Of a stretch of DNA of 61,613 bases, positions 27,026 through 36,957 are shown one piece after another. Positions within the stretch are counted from its first letter, which is position 1, and each line of letters opens with the position of its first letter. Source of the DNA: a virus (taxonomy: Duplodnaviria; Caudoviricetes); IMG/VR virus record IMGVR_UViG_3300032305_001973, positions 1 through 61,613 of that record, one strand, 5' to 3'. Under the pieces are notes generated by a model that worked only from the letters and a program-made list of their open reading frames with translations, searched no databases and had not been told where the DNA came from. The position numbers and the translations under genes are program-made.

Positions 27026-28167
27026 GGATTAACAGTCATGGAAATCATGCAATCCTTTACTGTTCCAATTTGCTTAACGTATTGCAAAATTACATACGGT
27101 GGAGGTCCAGCTGGACCTAGTGGTCGAAATGGATCGCTCCATTCAGAATCCGGTGGGTACAAGTCTCTTGAGTAGCTTTTCTGCTCTCCATGCAGACTGG
27201 TCCATGTTATTGACCAGTTGCTTCCGCCTGTTACTTGCGGCGGAGAAGCCGCTACTATCTCCTCGTAAATACTGCTGCTAAAGCCCCAAGGCGGCGTCGT
27301 TACATGCGCTTCGTAAATGACTCCAGAGCTGACAAAGCCGGCCGGGCAGGTTCCGTCTGGAAAAGAAAGTGAAGACGTTTCAATGTAGCCTGGCGCAGCC
27401 TCGATCTTTGATATGTCGTATTCATTGGATAGTGGATTGGACGCTGTGGTCGCCCCGTATGACGTCCTGGTCCATGCCTGTAAAGGGTTGAAATTGGTAG
27501 ACATAATGCTTATCTCGTTGCCTAGGGCAACGCTAGGGTGCAGAAAGGCTCTTGATATTTGATAATCAAATAGGGAACTTGTGTCATTAAATGAATCGTA
27601 GTCACTGGCCGGAAAATCGTCTAAACTGAACGGGGGCTCCATGCTGTAAGCGACAGCGGCTCTCCCCGACGCTGCCGCGCTAGAAAAAACAAACAGAGGC
27701 AGTCCTTCGTCGCCTGTTTCTAGACTTTCAAATTGGGAAATATAGAAAGTGTCTACGTTTGGTCCTGAAAAATTAAGATTCCAATCGGTGTCATTGTCAC
27801 TTACAACCCTAAGTATTGGCTGCTTGTCGCGCCCTTCTGGCTGTGTTGCCTGACCTTCCCACTGCACAAAAACAGTCCACGATGTTCCTATTCTTTTCCT
27901 AGCCCCATTAACGCTTCCAGAAATAGTAAAATACCTTCTTGCTCCTTCTATGGTGTAAGTTACAAACCTTCCTGAAGGAATAAAACTAGGCTCGTCCCTC
28001 TTCCTACTTATCAATGGCGCCGAAGGCAGTGCCATCTCCCGTCTCAGCGTTTCCTTAGACCAGTCCAGCCCCTTCTTCGCCTTCTTCGTCCGGTTCTTCA
28101 GGATCCGAGCCTTCACAAGATCCAAGATCTTCCATGGCACCGGGTTGATGTCAACGATCAGGCTCAT
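27022..28167 (-). CDS. Tail-associated protein with a lower-GC C-terminal region
   Basis: 381-aa ORF coupled to the tail genes. Confidence 0.65.
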   Translation of the reverse strand: MSLIVDINPVPWKILDLVKARILKNRTKKAKKGLDWSKETLRREMALPSAPLISRKRDEPSFIPSGRFVTYTIEGARRYFTISGSVNGARKRIGTSWTVFVQWEGQATQPEGRDKQPILRVVSDNDTDWNLNFSGPNVDTFYISQFESLETGDEGLPLFVFSSAAASGRAAVAYSMEPPFSLDDFPASDYDSFNDTSSLFDYQISRAFLHPSVALGNEISIMSTNFNPLQAWTRTSYGATTASNPLSNEYDISKIEAAPGYIETSSLSFPDGTCPAGFVSSGVIYEAHVTTPPWGFSSSIYEEIVAASPPQVTGGSNWSITWTSLHGEQKSYSRDLYPPDSEWSDPFRPLGPAGPPPYVILQYVKQIGTVKDCMISMTVNP

Positions 28168-28562
28168 CCTTGCGCCAGCAGCAGCACGTAGCTCTTGCTT
28201 TGCCCTGATTGCAGCGTCTCCGGTGTCGGCAGCAGAACCACCCGGTCGGGATAGGTGCGGTTATCCACCTGTAGCACGATCGCATCAAACGTGAAGCCGC
28301 TGCCTGATGCCGTTAGCGAAAGCGTGAACTGCGGAAGTTCGTAGCGGGCATTGCCGCTGTTGAAGCTGCCGGTCCCGATGGTGCCTGTCTTCTCTGTGTA
28401 GCCGTTGCCATTCGCCAGCTTCACCGCGTTCCAAGCGCTCATCAGGCTGGCCTGGGTAAGCACCGTGCCATTGCGGAAGCACAGCATCAGCTTGTAGGTC
28501 TTGCCTTCGTAGGTGAGCTGCGCTTGCTTGCCCAGCGCATCTGGTGAGATCAGAACGTCCAT
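28164..28562 (-). CDS. Minor tail protein
   Basis: 132 aa; shares the NGY...GSFN...R(Y/F)E...TASGS pattern with 28593..29033. Confidence 0.65.
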   Translation of the reverse strand: MDVLISPDALGKQAQLTYEGKTYKLMLCFRNGTVLTQASLMSAWNAVKLANGNGYTEKTGTIGTGSFNSGNARYELPQFTLSLTASGSGFTFDAIVLQVDNRTYPDRVVLLPTPETLQSGQSKSYVLLLAQG

Positions 28563-28592
28563 GGCGGCCCCTACCTATCGGAGCTTTCCCGA

Positions 28593-29033
28593 TCAGGCGG
28601 TTACCGTGAACCCATCGGTGAACAACTGGACCGTGTAGATGCGGCTTGCGCCCGCTGCGAGGCTGATACCGGGGCTCTCGGTGAGCACAAACGACACACC
28701 AGTACCCCATGTCACGGTGCTGCCGCTGATCGTGCCGATCACCAGATAGGCAGCATTCCAGGTAAGCGCTGAGCCTGACGCAGTAAACGAACAGGACTGC
28801 GAGCCCGCCTCAAAGCGGTCTGTGGTGGTGTTGAAGCTACCCGCAGGGATCGTCCACTCGCAACGGGCGTATCCATTGCCGGTCAGCTCTACCGCGTCCC
28901 ACGCCGCAGTGTTTGAGCTGAGACCCGGAGACCCTCCTGTAGTTGTCGCCAGGCACAGCCGAGCCTTCTTCCCGGCATAGTCCCCGGCAAACAACCGACC
29001 CGCTTCAAAGGGCGTCTGGAGCATCGCAGGCAT
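28593..29033 (-). CDS. Minor tail protein
   Basis: 146 aa, ELTGNGYAR motif. Confidence 0.65.
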   Translation of the reverse strand: MPAMLQTPFEAGRLFAGDYAGKKARLCLATTTGGSPGLSSNTAAWDAVELTGNGYARCEWTIPAGSFNTTTDRFEAGSQSCSFTASGSALTWNAAYLVIGTISGSTVTWGTGVSFVLTESPGISLAAGASRIYTVQLFTDGFTVTA

Positions 29034-29074
29034 CGGAAATCCAAGCGCTTTGCCTCAGTTTTCCCGGCCTGGAC

Positions 29075-31255
29075 TTACTCAAAGAAGATCATTGGGCCAA
29101 AGTAGGCGGTGCCGTCCGCAGAAATTGTCTCGGTGACGGGAAGGTTAGGGCGGTTACGAACGGCAAAGTTTATGCCATAAGCCATGCTTGGCGGCAGCGT
29201 TAAGGCGCTTACGTTTTTAACAACGGAATCCTGTCCGGGTGGCATGGACCCACTTGTGTAATACGGGTGCGCGTACACAGCATACGTGTATTCCGTAGGT
29301 AATTCTAAGCCTGGAATGTTGCTAGGTAAATTAACTCGTCTCCATATTCCGTCCAGGCTTGCCTCGGTTCCGCTCGGTACGACGAAAGATGAAATATCAC
29401 CGGCAGCGTCAAAAGATATTTGAAGCGGATTAGTGATAACCGGGTCGTCTGGGTCTAGGATGGCTAGCAGCACCGAATAGCTAATTGCTAAACCGTTTTG
29501 CCCCGCATCATAAAATCCAACTCCTTTAATCGTTTTGGCCGCTGATAGCGTGAACGTCCAGCCATGCATATAAGTAGTGGATGGCCAAGCCATCGTGGTG
29601 CCGCCGGTAAACGTGTAGGGGGTGCCCCCACCCCCGCCCGTTGCAGCCGATAAATCCGCTATCACGCCAGAGCCACTGCCCGCAAATAACTCATACACAA
29701 CCGAAGCGGTCCCGTAAGACACAGACACGCTCGTAATGCTTTCGGTTGTTGCAGTCAGGCTGTAAGGAGCTTCCAAGACCCAGGTGAGTGAGCGACTCAC
29801 GCTTTCCCGCCGCACATTCTCCGCCACAGCCCCCACCACACTGGCCCTGGTCAAATCTGCCGCGTACACATCGCCCTCGACACCAGCCGTCCCGAAGCTG
29901 GCCCAGATGTTCCCCGGTGCCATCGGGTCAAACCCACCCGGCGCTGTGATCGTGTTCGCCAGGGCGGGGGTGCTGTTGGCCGTGGCGGTAACAGTCGGCA
30001 GGTTGGTTGCAGCAACCATCATCGGGAACCAATCAGCACCGCTAGCACCCGTCACTAGGCCCGCGCCGCCGTCGAGCATGGCATCACAGCCCACGACCAA
30101 CCCTTGAGAGTCCCAGGCGAACGTTGTCCCGTTGGCGCGAAACCTGCCCACGGTGCCGGCCGCCTCAAGGTAGAGGGTGCCCATAGGTTCACTGGGGATG
30201 TTGCGCAGCTCGGTGGTGATGCTCTTGCCATTGGCCATCCCTGACAGGATGTAGTGGATCGCCCTGCCGTATTCGTAGGCGGCAGTTGCGCTAGAAACGT
30301 AGACATACTTTAACCCCGTGCCATTGTCCCCTGCATCCGTAGCGGGTCGCAGGTAGCTATCAGGAGCAAACTGCATATCGTATTTATCTGTGCTATTCGT
30401 TCCAGCGGAACCAAATGACAGATCGATATTCTGGCTTTCATAGGGTTTACCCAATGGGCCAGGCTGATTCCAGCTACCGTTAGTGTTCAGCCTTTCCTGG
30501 GCACCTTGAAGCCTTTCGTTCTCCTGGTCTAGCTTGTTCGGCTGAGCCGGGGCCGTGCCTCGCCCGATGTTGATTGTCTTCTCAACCCCGCGACAGACCA
30601 GAGCGCTCATCCGATCAACGAGGGTGTAGGTGCCGCTGATTCGCTCTGCGTCAGCTGATCGCTTTAGCCCTGCCATAAGTATGGCTGCTTGCGTCTTACC
30701 ATTCGCGGTAGCTCCCCAAGCTTCATATATAAGTGTCGTTTGCTTAGTTAGGTCGGCTGCTTTGTTTTGTTCTTTCTCAACAATCGTCTTACGAAGCAAT
30801 ATGTTATCAACTCCTAAGTCAATGTTCTTGTAATTTTCAATCGCAAGGCCACCAGCAAAAGCAATTCTAGGCTCATACTCAAACGTGGCTACCTGGCTTT
30901 CAATAGGTCCATCTTCTGTAATTATGTACCTGTTAAATGACTCAGTGCGTTTAGTTAAAACAGCGCCTGGAAAGGCGGGGCTTCCAGCCTGAAGCTTGGA
31001 TTGCCAGCGGGCAGGGTTAGCAGCACCTACACACGTTGTAGTGATTGAAACGGTATTGGCTACAACGTCTTGCCTTTGTCTTTTACCATCCTTGTCAAGG
31101 TACTCAAGTGTCGTGTATTCAGTGGTCACCTCTGATGTTGCGGCAAAGCTTACGCGATCTACTCTTGTTTCAAACGAGTCTCCAACCTTGATTCGATAAT
31201 CAACAATAAACTCCTGGGCGGGGCTGATTGTTTGTTGATAGGTCCAGTTCTGCAT
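29075..31255 (-). CDS. Tail tip/baseplate protein
   Basis: 726 aa, downstream of the tape measure and distal-tail genes. Confidence 0.7.
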   Translation of the reverse strand: MQNWTYQQTISPAQEFIVDYRIKVGDSFETRVDRVSFAATSEVTTEYTTLEYLDKDGKRQRQDVVANTVSITTTCVGAANPARWQSKLQAGSPAFPGAVLTKRTESFNRYIITEDGPIESQVATFEYEPRIAFAGGLAIENYKNIDLGVDNILLRKTIVEKEQNKAADLTKQTTLIYEAWGATANGKTQAAILMAGLKRSADAERISGTYTLVDRMSALVCRGVEKTINIGRGTAPAQPNKLDQENERLQGAQERLNTNGSWNQPGPLGKPYESQNIDLSFGSAGTNSTDKYDMQFAPDSYLRPATDAGDNGTGLKYVYVSSATAAYEYGRAIHYILSGMANGKSITTELRNIPSEPMGTLYLEAAGTVGRFRANGTTFAWDSQGLVVGCDAMLDGGAGLVTGASGADWFPMMVAATNLPTVTATANSTPALANTITAPGGFDPMAPGNIWASFGTAGVEGDVYAADLTRASVVGAVAENVRRESVSRSLTWVLEAPYSLTATTESITSVSVSYGTASVVYELFAGSGSGVIADLSAATGGGGGTPYTFTGGTTMAWPSTTYMHGWTFTLSAAKTIKGVGFYDAGQNGLAISYSVLLAILDPDDPVITNPLQISFDAAGDISSFVVPSGTEASLDGIWRRVNLPSNIPGLELPTEYTYAVYAHPYYTSGSMPPGQDSVVKNVSALTLPPSMAYGINFAVRNRPNLPVTETISADGTAYFGPMIFFE

Positions 31256-32043
31256 CAGCCGGTCCCCGCGTTCCAGGTGTAGGACTCTTCGCCCGGCGTC
31301 TTTGGTTTGTAGTTAGGCGAGGTTTCCACGGTGGGCCAGATCGACTGCCCATAGCTGATCGTGATCTCCTCTGGCGGCGGGGGGTTGCCGATCGCCTCGA
31401 TGGTGAGTAATTCGTTGATCGTCAGGAACGGCCCCTTGGTGGCATGAACCAGCACCTTGCGAAGCCGTAGCTTGTCGGCAGCATCGATGAACCCATACAG
31501 GCCCGCTTCCGCGATGATCCGGCTGGCGATCTCCAGGTAGCCCTCCGATAGGTCAATGCTGGCCACAGCCTTGGCGAACGTGATCTCAGGGTTGCCCGTG
31601 GCCTGCGTGATGCCGCACCGGTCAAGAGCAACGGCCACCACGCTGCTCAGGAAGCAGATGTTTGGCGTCGAGCCCGCTGCCGTATCAACCGGTGTCCAGG
31701 CTGGGTAGTCGGTGGCGTAGTAAATCTCAGGCTGCACTAGATCCCACTTCAGGGCCAGCAGGCACCCGACCGTGCAGGTGGTTTCGTTGTTGATCGGGTC
31801 GCTATCGGCCTTGATCACCCGTATTCGCCTGGGGAACCGCGTGAGCCTCCCGCCTGGTAGCCGCACACCCAACAGCAGCTCGGTCCCCCGAGCAGGCTGT
31901 ATTAGGCCGCTGATCACTACCTCGCCTTGCGTGCGCAGCAGGCCCACCCCCGGCGCCAGCGGATCATCCGATAGCTGCCCGCTGATCACGGGGCCAAGGT
32001 TGCTGAATACCTGTGCGCGAACATCAACCGGTGCGGCTGGCAT
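31255..32043 (-). CDS. Baseplate hub-like tail protein
   Basis: Second gene after the tape measure; 1-nt overlaps with both neighbours. Confidence 0.65.
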   Translation of the reverse strand: MPAAPVDVRAQVFSNLGPVISGQLSDDPLAPGVGLLRTQGEVVISGLIQPARGTELLLGVRLPGGRLTRFPRRIRVIKADSDPINNETTCTVGCLLALKWDLVQPEIYYATDYPAWTPVDTAAGSTPNICFLSSVVAVALDRCGITQATGNPEITFAKAVASIDLSEGYLEIASRIIAEAGLYGFIDAADKLRLRKVLVHATKGPFLTINELLTIEAIGNPPPPEEITISYGQSIWPTVETSPNYKPKTPGEESYTWNAGTG

Positions 32044-32813
32044 CAGGACGCCCTCCTCTTGAGCTTCACGGTCACGATGTAGCGCTCAACCACCGCGCCA
32101 CCGCTGACGATCTGATCACGCTCCAGACCCAGCTCACCCACTGGCCAGAAGTCAGTAGCGCCAGGGCGGGCCGCGATGGTGGCCGTGAACCACGCCTTCA
32201 CTGCAGTCCAGCCGCTGGCATCGGTGACCCCGCGAACGGTCCGCACCTCAGAGGCCACCAGGGGCCCCCGTGCCACGAATCCCCCGGTGGAGGTGGGCTC
32301 CAAGGTCGGGCCATCCTCGAAGCTCTCGGGTTGATCCAGCAGCGCCAGTGTGGTGGTGCCGAGGGTGATGGTGCCGTAGGCGGGCAGGAAGGCATCACCG
32401 GCCAGCCTGCCCTTCTCGTTCTGCCGTAGCAGCACCGCCAGCTGCTGCGCTGCATCAATCAAGGTGAACGACACCTTCACCCATGCCCCGCCTTGCACCG
32501 TCTCGCCAACCGGCGCCCCGGTGAACCAACACGCCAGGCTGGTGACACTGCGGCCATGGGCGGAGCAGGTCAGCGTCACGGTGGCCCCTACGGCACGGCT
32601 GGCAATGGTGGGCGACTCCTGGATCTTGGCCGCCTGCCACGCATCAAAGATGGTGCAGGTGGTCACCCACTGCGCCGGGGTGCAAAGGCCCGCCACGCTG
32701 AACCGCCTTGCCGTCAGCCCCTGCTCCGTCTCCGCCTCGGCATACCCGATCGGCTGCGCCTGCAGGTAACGCAGCGTCAGGGTGGAGGCTCCGTAGACGA
32801 GCTGAATGCTCAT
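32043..32813 (-). CDS. Distal tail-like protein
   Basis: First gene after the tape measure. Confidence 0.65.
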   Translation of the reverse strand: MSIQLVYGASTLTLRYLQAQPIGYAEAETEQGLTARRFSVAGLCTPAQWVTTCTIFDAWQAAKIQESPTIASRAVGATVTLTCSAHGRSVTSLACWFTGAPVGETVQGGAWVKVSFTLIDAAQQLAVLLRQNEKGRLAGDAFLPAYGTITLGTTTLALLDQPESFEDGPTLEPTSTGGFVARGPLVASEVRTVRGVTDASGWTAVKAWFTATIAARPGATDFWPVGELGLERDQIVSGGAVVERYIVTVKLKRRAS

Positions 32814-32823
32814 CAGGGCACCC

Positions 32824-35800
32824 TCAACGCATCCGCGCCATCGTCTGCGCCAACCTCAGGCCGGAACCATCCCCGCGCACCCCGACCGACACGTTCCACG
32901 CTTTGCGCCTCAGCTCAGCTACCTCCTGCGACAGGTTTCCAACCGCGAGGGCCAGATGGGCTACTGCCGGATCGGAGCCACCACGCAGCACGCCAGCGCC
33001 GCCGCCGAGGGCCCCGGATTCCTTCAGGCGGCTGGTGATAGCAGCAGGGATCACCGTGCCCTTTGAGGGAGGCGTCCAGAGGCTGTTGGCGGGCCGGTTG
33101 ATCAGGGACAGGGCGCCGGAAGCTGACAGGAACGCCTCCTGCCCCAAGCTCATCCCGCTCGGGCCGTCGTTGATGCGGTAGGTCTGGCCAGCATCCACGG
33201 GGCCACCCGTGAAGCGGGCAGGGGGAAGGCCGGAGGCTGAGCTGAGGGCGTTGTAAAACCGCTCGGCAGCATTAGCAGCGGTGCTCATGTTGTTTGCCAG
33301 GCCTCCTGTTTGGGTCTTGGCTGCTTGCGTGGACTTAGCCACAATGCTCATGTAGGCCTTAATGTCATTGGCAGCGGTCTTATTGGTTGTGTTAAGGTCT
33401 TTGCCGATTTCGACATACCCCTTGCCGGTGTCACGCACGGCAAAGCCCATATCCCGTGCAAGCTGTGTAAACGCATCCTGCTGGCCCAGCGGCACCTTCA
33501 TGGAGTTGCCGAGGGTCTTGAACTCACCAGCAGCGCCCTTGGTTTTCAGGAAGATGCCATCGGCGGATAGCTGTAGGCCTTTTGCGGCTGCAGTGGAAAG
33601 CAGCCTGTTGATTTGCTCCTCTTCACTGGCATCAGCGATCTTGTCTTGTATTGGCTGGATTTGCTTCAAAATATCCAGGTTCTCATTTGCACCCTGCCTT
33701 TCAATACCTTTGATTTCCAAGGTCTCTCTTGCCTTGTCTAGCGCTTCTTGGGTTAGATTGCTGTTTTCATTAAGGTTAGCCAGTCTTGCCGCATCGTACT
33801 CAATCTCCGCTTTCCTGTATTCAGTATTTGCATTACGTGCCTCTGTGTTTGCCTCTACCAAGGCTTGCTGCTGCTTCAAATCTAGTAGTTGCCTTTCCAG
33901 CCCCTGCTGCTCGACCAGTGCCTGATACTTGGAGCTTAAGGCAGCAGCCTCAATCACTTCGCCTTGGCGCTTAATTTCATCTAGCTCCCGTTCGCTTGCA
34001 CCGCGCTTTTGTGCCTCCTGCAATTCGTAGTCGTTGCGACTTTTGATGATGCCAAAACGAGAATCTTCTAGGCTGATCAATGCCTGGCCAAGGTTAATGC
34101 TGGCCTGCTGTACGGAAACAAGCGAGTCGCCTTGTGCTTTGCTGAGCTTGTCTTTGGCAGCGCTAAGGGCAATTGTGTTATCAACCTCAATCAGTCCTAG
34201 CCTGTTTTGCTCTTTTTGGGTATCAAGTAAATCCTGTGCAATCTTTTTCGTGTCTCCTTTGGCTTGATTTACCTTGCCAGTGTTTTCAACCTGCTTTGCT
34301 GTTTCAATGTTTAGTATCTTATTGAGTTCTAGCGTCTCTACCAGTCTTTGTTGAAACTCTTGGCTTGCCCTTCTGGCCCCTTCGTTCCCCGTAGCTCCTG
34401 CAGCACCGGAAAATACACTAGCCCAAACTAGCTTAAGACTTTGAGAGGCTTTGTCTAGTAATCCGACTTTCTGGGTGAGGTCAACAACGGCATTAGCTGT
34501 GCTGGTGATAGGTGCAACATTTACCTGTGCTGCTTTGTTTACGGTAGGTGCAACGTCTTTATTAAACTTCGCCGACAAATCTATGAGTTTAGCCAGTTTG
34601 TCAAGATAGGAGGCGACTTCAGGTAAAGACTGCCCAACTGTTGTGGCCAGATTGCTTGTTGCGTTTTGAATCTTTTTAATGCCGCCTTCAATCGTGCTAG
34701 TTGCTACCTCGCTTGCCTTGGCTGCAGCGCCAGCACTGCTGGTCTGGTTATCGAGTAGTTGGTTGTACGATTTCAGTCCATCATTGAGTAATGGCTGTAC
34801 GGCAGCCTGCGCTTCAACCGACCCGAGCAAGATAGCCAGCTTGTCAGCCGCTCCTCCTCCCTTAGCCTGTACGTCTGCAAGGAAACCACCAAAGCCACGG
34901 GCCTGTAATCCTGCTAGGTCAAAGCTAATCCCCAAGCTCGCCGCTAGGTCTTTAGCCTGCTCGCTTGGCTTGAGGATCGAGCTAATCGCCTGACGAATCC
35001 CGGTAAATGACTGAGCTACCGGTACTCCTTTCAGGGTTGCGGTGGCAATCGCAGCATTCAGTTCTACGATCGGAATACCAGCAGCAGCGGCAACAGATGC
35101 CACCGTACCAATCTGCTCGGCATACTCCCGAACCGTGATAACACCGTCAGCTTGGGTTTGCACGAAGCCGTCTACAATGCCTGTGGCATCAGCCGTAGTG
35201 AGCCCGTATGCGTTGATGACTCCTGTAACCGCTTTGGTTACGTCGTTCAGTTCAGCGAAGCCACCTGAGGCCCCTAGTGATGATGCCCTAAGGATGTCAG
35301 TGATCTGTGCAGTAGTGGTAAAGCCGCTGGAAGCAACATCGTAGGAGGCTTTTAATAGCTCAACTCGGCTTACATTGCTATCAAGCTCAATCGAAAGGTC
35401 GAACAGTTTATCCTTAAGCTCACTTGAGTTGATGCCTAGCGTCCGTACTGCCGCTCCCGCTGAATCAAGTTCTGTAATTTGCTTGCCAACAAACTGAAGC
35501 GCTGAGCCAGCCGAGAGAACAGCCCCAGCCTGCAGGGCAAAGCCCTTCAGCTCCTGCCCTAATCCCTTGATGATGCCGCCGCCGCCACCTAACGCTTTGT
35601 CTACTTCTTTTTGTGTTTGCGCTATCTGCCTTTGGGCCGCAACGAACTCCTTTGACCCGATGGCGGCTTTGTTCAGGGTTTGATCTAGCTCAATAAGCCT
35701 GGTCTTGAGACCCCCCAGTGTGGTGACGTTTGAACCAACGCCCTTATCCAGCTCTTTCAGTTGCCCGCGCAGCCGCTCCAGAAGCTTGTCGTTGGCGGCA

Positions 35801-35916
35801 AAGCCCTGTTGAAACTCCTGCCCCGCCTGCTTGCCCGCCTGCCCGATCTGCCGCGAGGCATCAAGCACGCCTTTCACATCGGCGGTGACCTTAACGACCC
35901 ATTCATTCCCTGCCAT
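32824..35916 (-). CDS. Tape measure protein
   Basis: 1030 aa, helical and Ala/Gln-rich, with a TP901-like core (YDVASSG...INAYGL...ILKPSEQA) and C-terminal RFTGGPV...INDG. Confidence 0.9.
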   Translation of the reverse strand: MAGNEWVVKVTADVKGVLDASRQIGQAGKQAGQEFQQGFAANDKLLERLRGQLKELDKGVGSNVTTLGGLKTRLIELDQTLNKAAIGSKEFVAAQRQIAQTQKEVDKALGGGGGIIKGLGQELKGFALQAGAVLSAGSALQFVGKQITELDSAGAAVRTLGINSSELKDKLFDLSIELDSNVSRVELLKASYDVASSGFTTTAQITDILRASSLGASGGFAELNDVTKAVTGVINAYGLTTADATGIVDGFVQTQADGVITVREYAEQIGTVASVAAAAGIPIVELNAAIATATLKGVPVAQSFTGIRQAISSILKPSEQAKDLAASLGISFDLAGLQARGFGGFLADVQAKGGGAADKLAILLGSVEAQAAVQPLLNDGLKSYNQLLDNQTSSAGAAAKASEVATSTIEGGIKKIQNATSNLATTVGQSLPEVASYLDKLAKLIDLSAKFNKDVAPTVNKAAQVNVAPITSTANAVVDLTQKVGLLDKASQSLKLVWASVFSGAAGATGNEGARRASQEFQQRLVETLELNKILNIETAKQVENTGKVNQAKGDTKKIAQDLLDTQKEQNRLGLIEVDNTIALSAAKDKLSKAQGDSLVSVQQASINLGQALISLEDSRFGIIKSRNDYELQEAQKRGASERELDEIKRQGEVIEAAALSSKYQALVEQQGLERQLLDLKQQQALVEANTEARNANTEYRKAEIEYDAARLANLNENSNLTQEALDKARETLEIKGIERQGANENLDILKQIQPIQDKIADASEEEQINRLLSTAAAKGLQLSADGIFLKTKGAAGEFKTLGNSMKVPLGQQDAFTQLARDMGFAVRDTGKGYVEIGKDLNTTNKTAANDIKAYMSIVAKSTQAAKTQTGGLANNMSTAANAAERFYNALSSASGLPPARFTGGPVDAGQTYRINDGPSGMSLGQEAFLSASGALSLINRPANSLWTPPSKGTVIPAAITSRLKESGALGGGAGVLRGGSDPAVAHLALAVGNLSQEVAELRRKAWNVSVGVRGDGSGLRLAQTMARMR

Positions 35917-35917
35917 C

Positions 35918-36622
35918 TCAGCTCTCCGGTGTCACGACGTACTGGGTTGGGTTTGTCCAGCTGATGGCGTACTGATCCAGCACCCCGAGCCCCTGCCCCG
36001 GCGCATCGCCGCCGATCGGCACAGCACGGCAGCCCGGCAGGAGGCTGATGATCCGCTGCGTCAGCGCCTGCAGGGCCGTCAGATCAACTGCGGGCGATGG
36101 AACCACCACACCAGCAACCACGGCAGCCGAGGCGATGGTGCTTCCAGCCAGGGCATAGCTGAGGGTGAAGGGTGAGGCCGTGGTGGCAGCGGTGACCGTG
36201 AAGGTGCCATTCAGAGCGGCGAAGGGGGCCGGCAGAGCGCTCACCGCTACCTGCTTGCCCACGCCGAAGCCATGCGCCGCCGCGAAAGTGAGCGTGGCCG
36301 TGCCTGATGCAAGGGCGGCATTGGTGATCGCCTGCGGGGCCACCTGCAGGGCAGACCACTCGCTCACGTACAGCCTGAACTGTGGATTCAGCCCCGTCTC
36401 CCCGGTGAGCATCGCTTCAGGGCTGTAGTCGGGGTTGTTGAGGATCACCACCTCCAGACCAGCCACGGCCACCCCCTCGGGTAGCTGCTCATTGCGGCGC
36501 ACCACGGCGATGGCCGGGACAGGGCTCTGGCCGCGAGGTGTGTACGTGCCCACGGCTGCGCTGACCACGGCATCGCCCGCCAGCAGGTCGTAGATGCCTT
36601 GGGCGGTCGTGGGCAGGCTCAT
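35918..36622 (-). CDS. Tail completion/terminator-like protein with an inserted beta module
   Basis: IYDLLAGDAVV N-terminus; insert ITNAALASGTATLTFAAAHG...LNGTFTVT. Confidence 0.6.
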   Translation of the reverse strand: MSLPTTAQGIYDLLAGDAVVSAAVGTYTPRGQSPVPAIAVVRRNEQLPEGVAVAGLEVVILNNPDYSPEAMLTGETGLNPQFRLYVSEWSALQVAPQAITNAALASGTATLTFAAAHGFGVGKQVAVSALPAPFAALNGTFTVTAATTASPFTLSYALAGSTIASAAVVAGVVVPSPAVDLTALQALTQRIISLLPGCRAVPIGGDAPGQGLGVLDQYAISWTNPTQYVVTPES

Positions 36623-36667
36623 GCCTCAGCTTTCCCGGCGGGCAAGCCGATCTGGGAACCGGGTGGC

Positions 36668-36710
36668 GTTGCCCTTTACAAACGGCTTACAGATGGAATA
36701 GAATGCAAAA
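36668..36710 (+). promoter_or_regulatory. Putative promoter of RAMP locus 2
   Basis: TTTACA-18 nt-TAGAAT, ending about 12 nt before the first pentamer; homologous to the erf promoter at 8727-8769. Confidence 0.65.
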
Positions 36711-36715
36711 GTCAA

Positions 36716-36929
36716 TGCTACGCGGCGTTCCGCGAGGCCACGCCACGCAACCCTCTGCTACTGGGCCCTTCGGGGCCCACAGCCCACCACAAAGCCACTC
36801 GGCTCTCTGGTGGGCTTATGGCTCATCACCGCCGCGCTGCACCTCAGAGCCGCGCTCCGCGCCTTGTCGCCGCGCCGCGCCCTGCATCGCACTGCCCCGC
36901 AAACCACAGGGGCCTCGTTATCGGGGCCC
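36716..36929 (+). repeat. CGC-NN pentamer array, two units with hairpins, upstream of RAMP gene 2; putative guide RNAs
   Basis: TGCTA CGCGG CGTTC CGCGA GGCCA CGCCA CGCAA CCCTC TGCTA + GGGCCC-TTCG-GGGCCC + AGCCCACCA...TGGTGGGCT, then about 15 pentamers + ACAGGGGCCTCGTTATCGGGGCCC. Confidence 0.85.
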
Positions 36930-36957
36930 ACTCAACCATCCTAAGAGGATTCAATTA

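Noticed and set aside
20601-31255. Diversity-generating retroelement acting on tail genes
   Set aside because: No reverse transcriptase and no template/variable repeat pair were detected by eye.
36703-36957. 85-aa N-terminal extension of RAMP 2 in the ORF track
   Set aside because: It is array and hairpin sequence; a ribosome-binding site and ATG lie at 36958.
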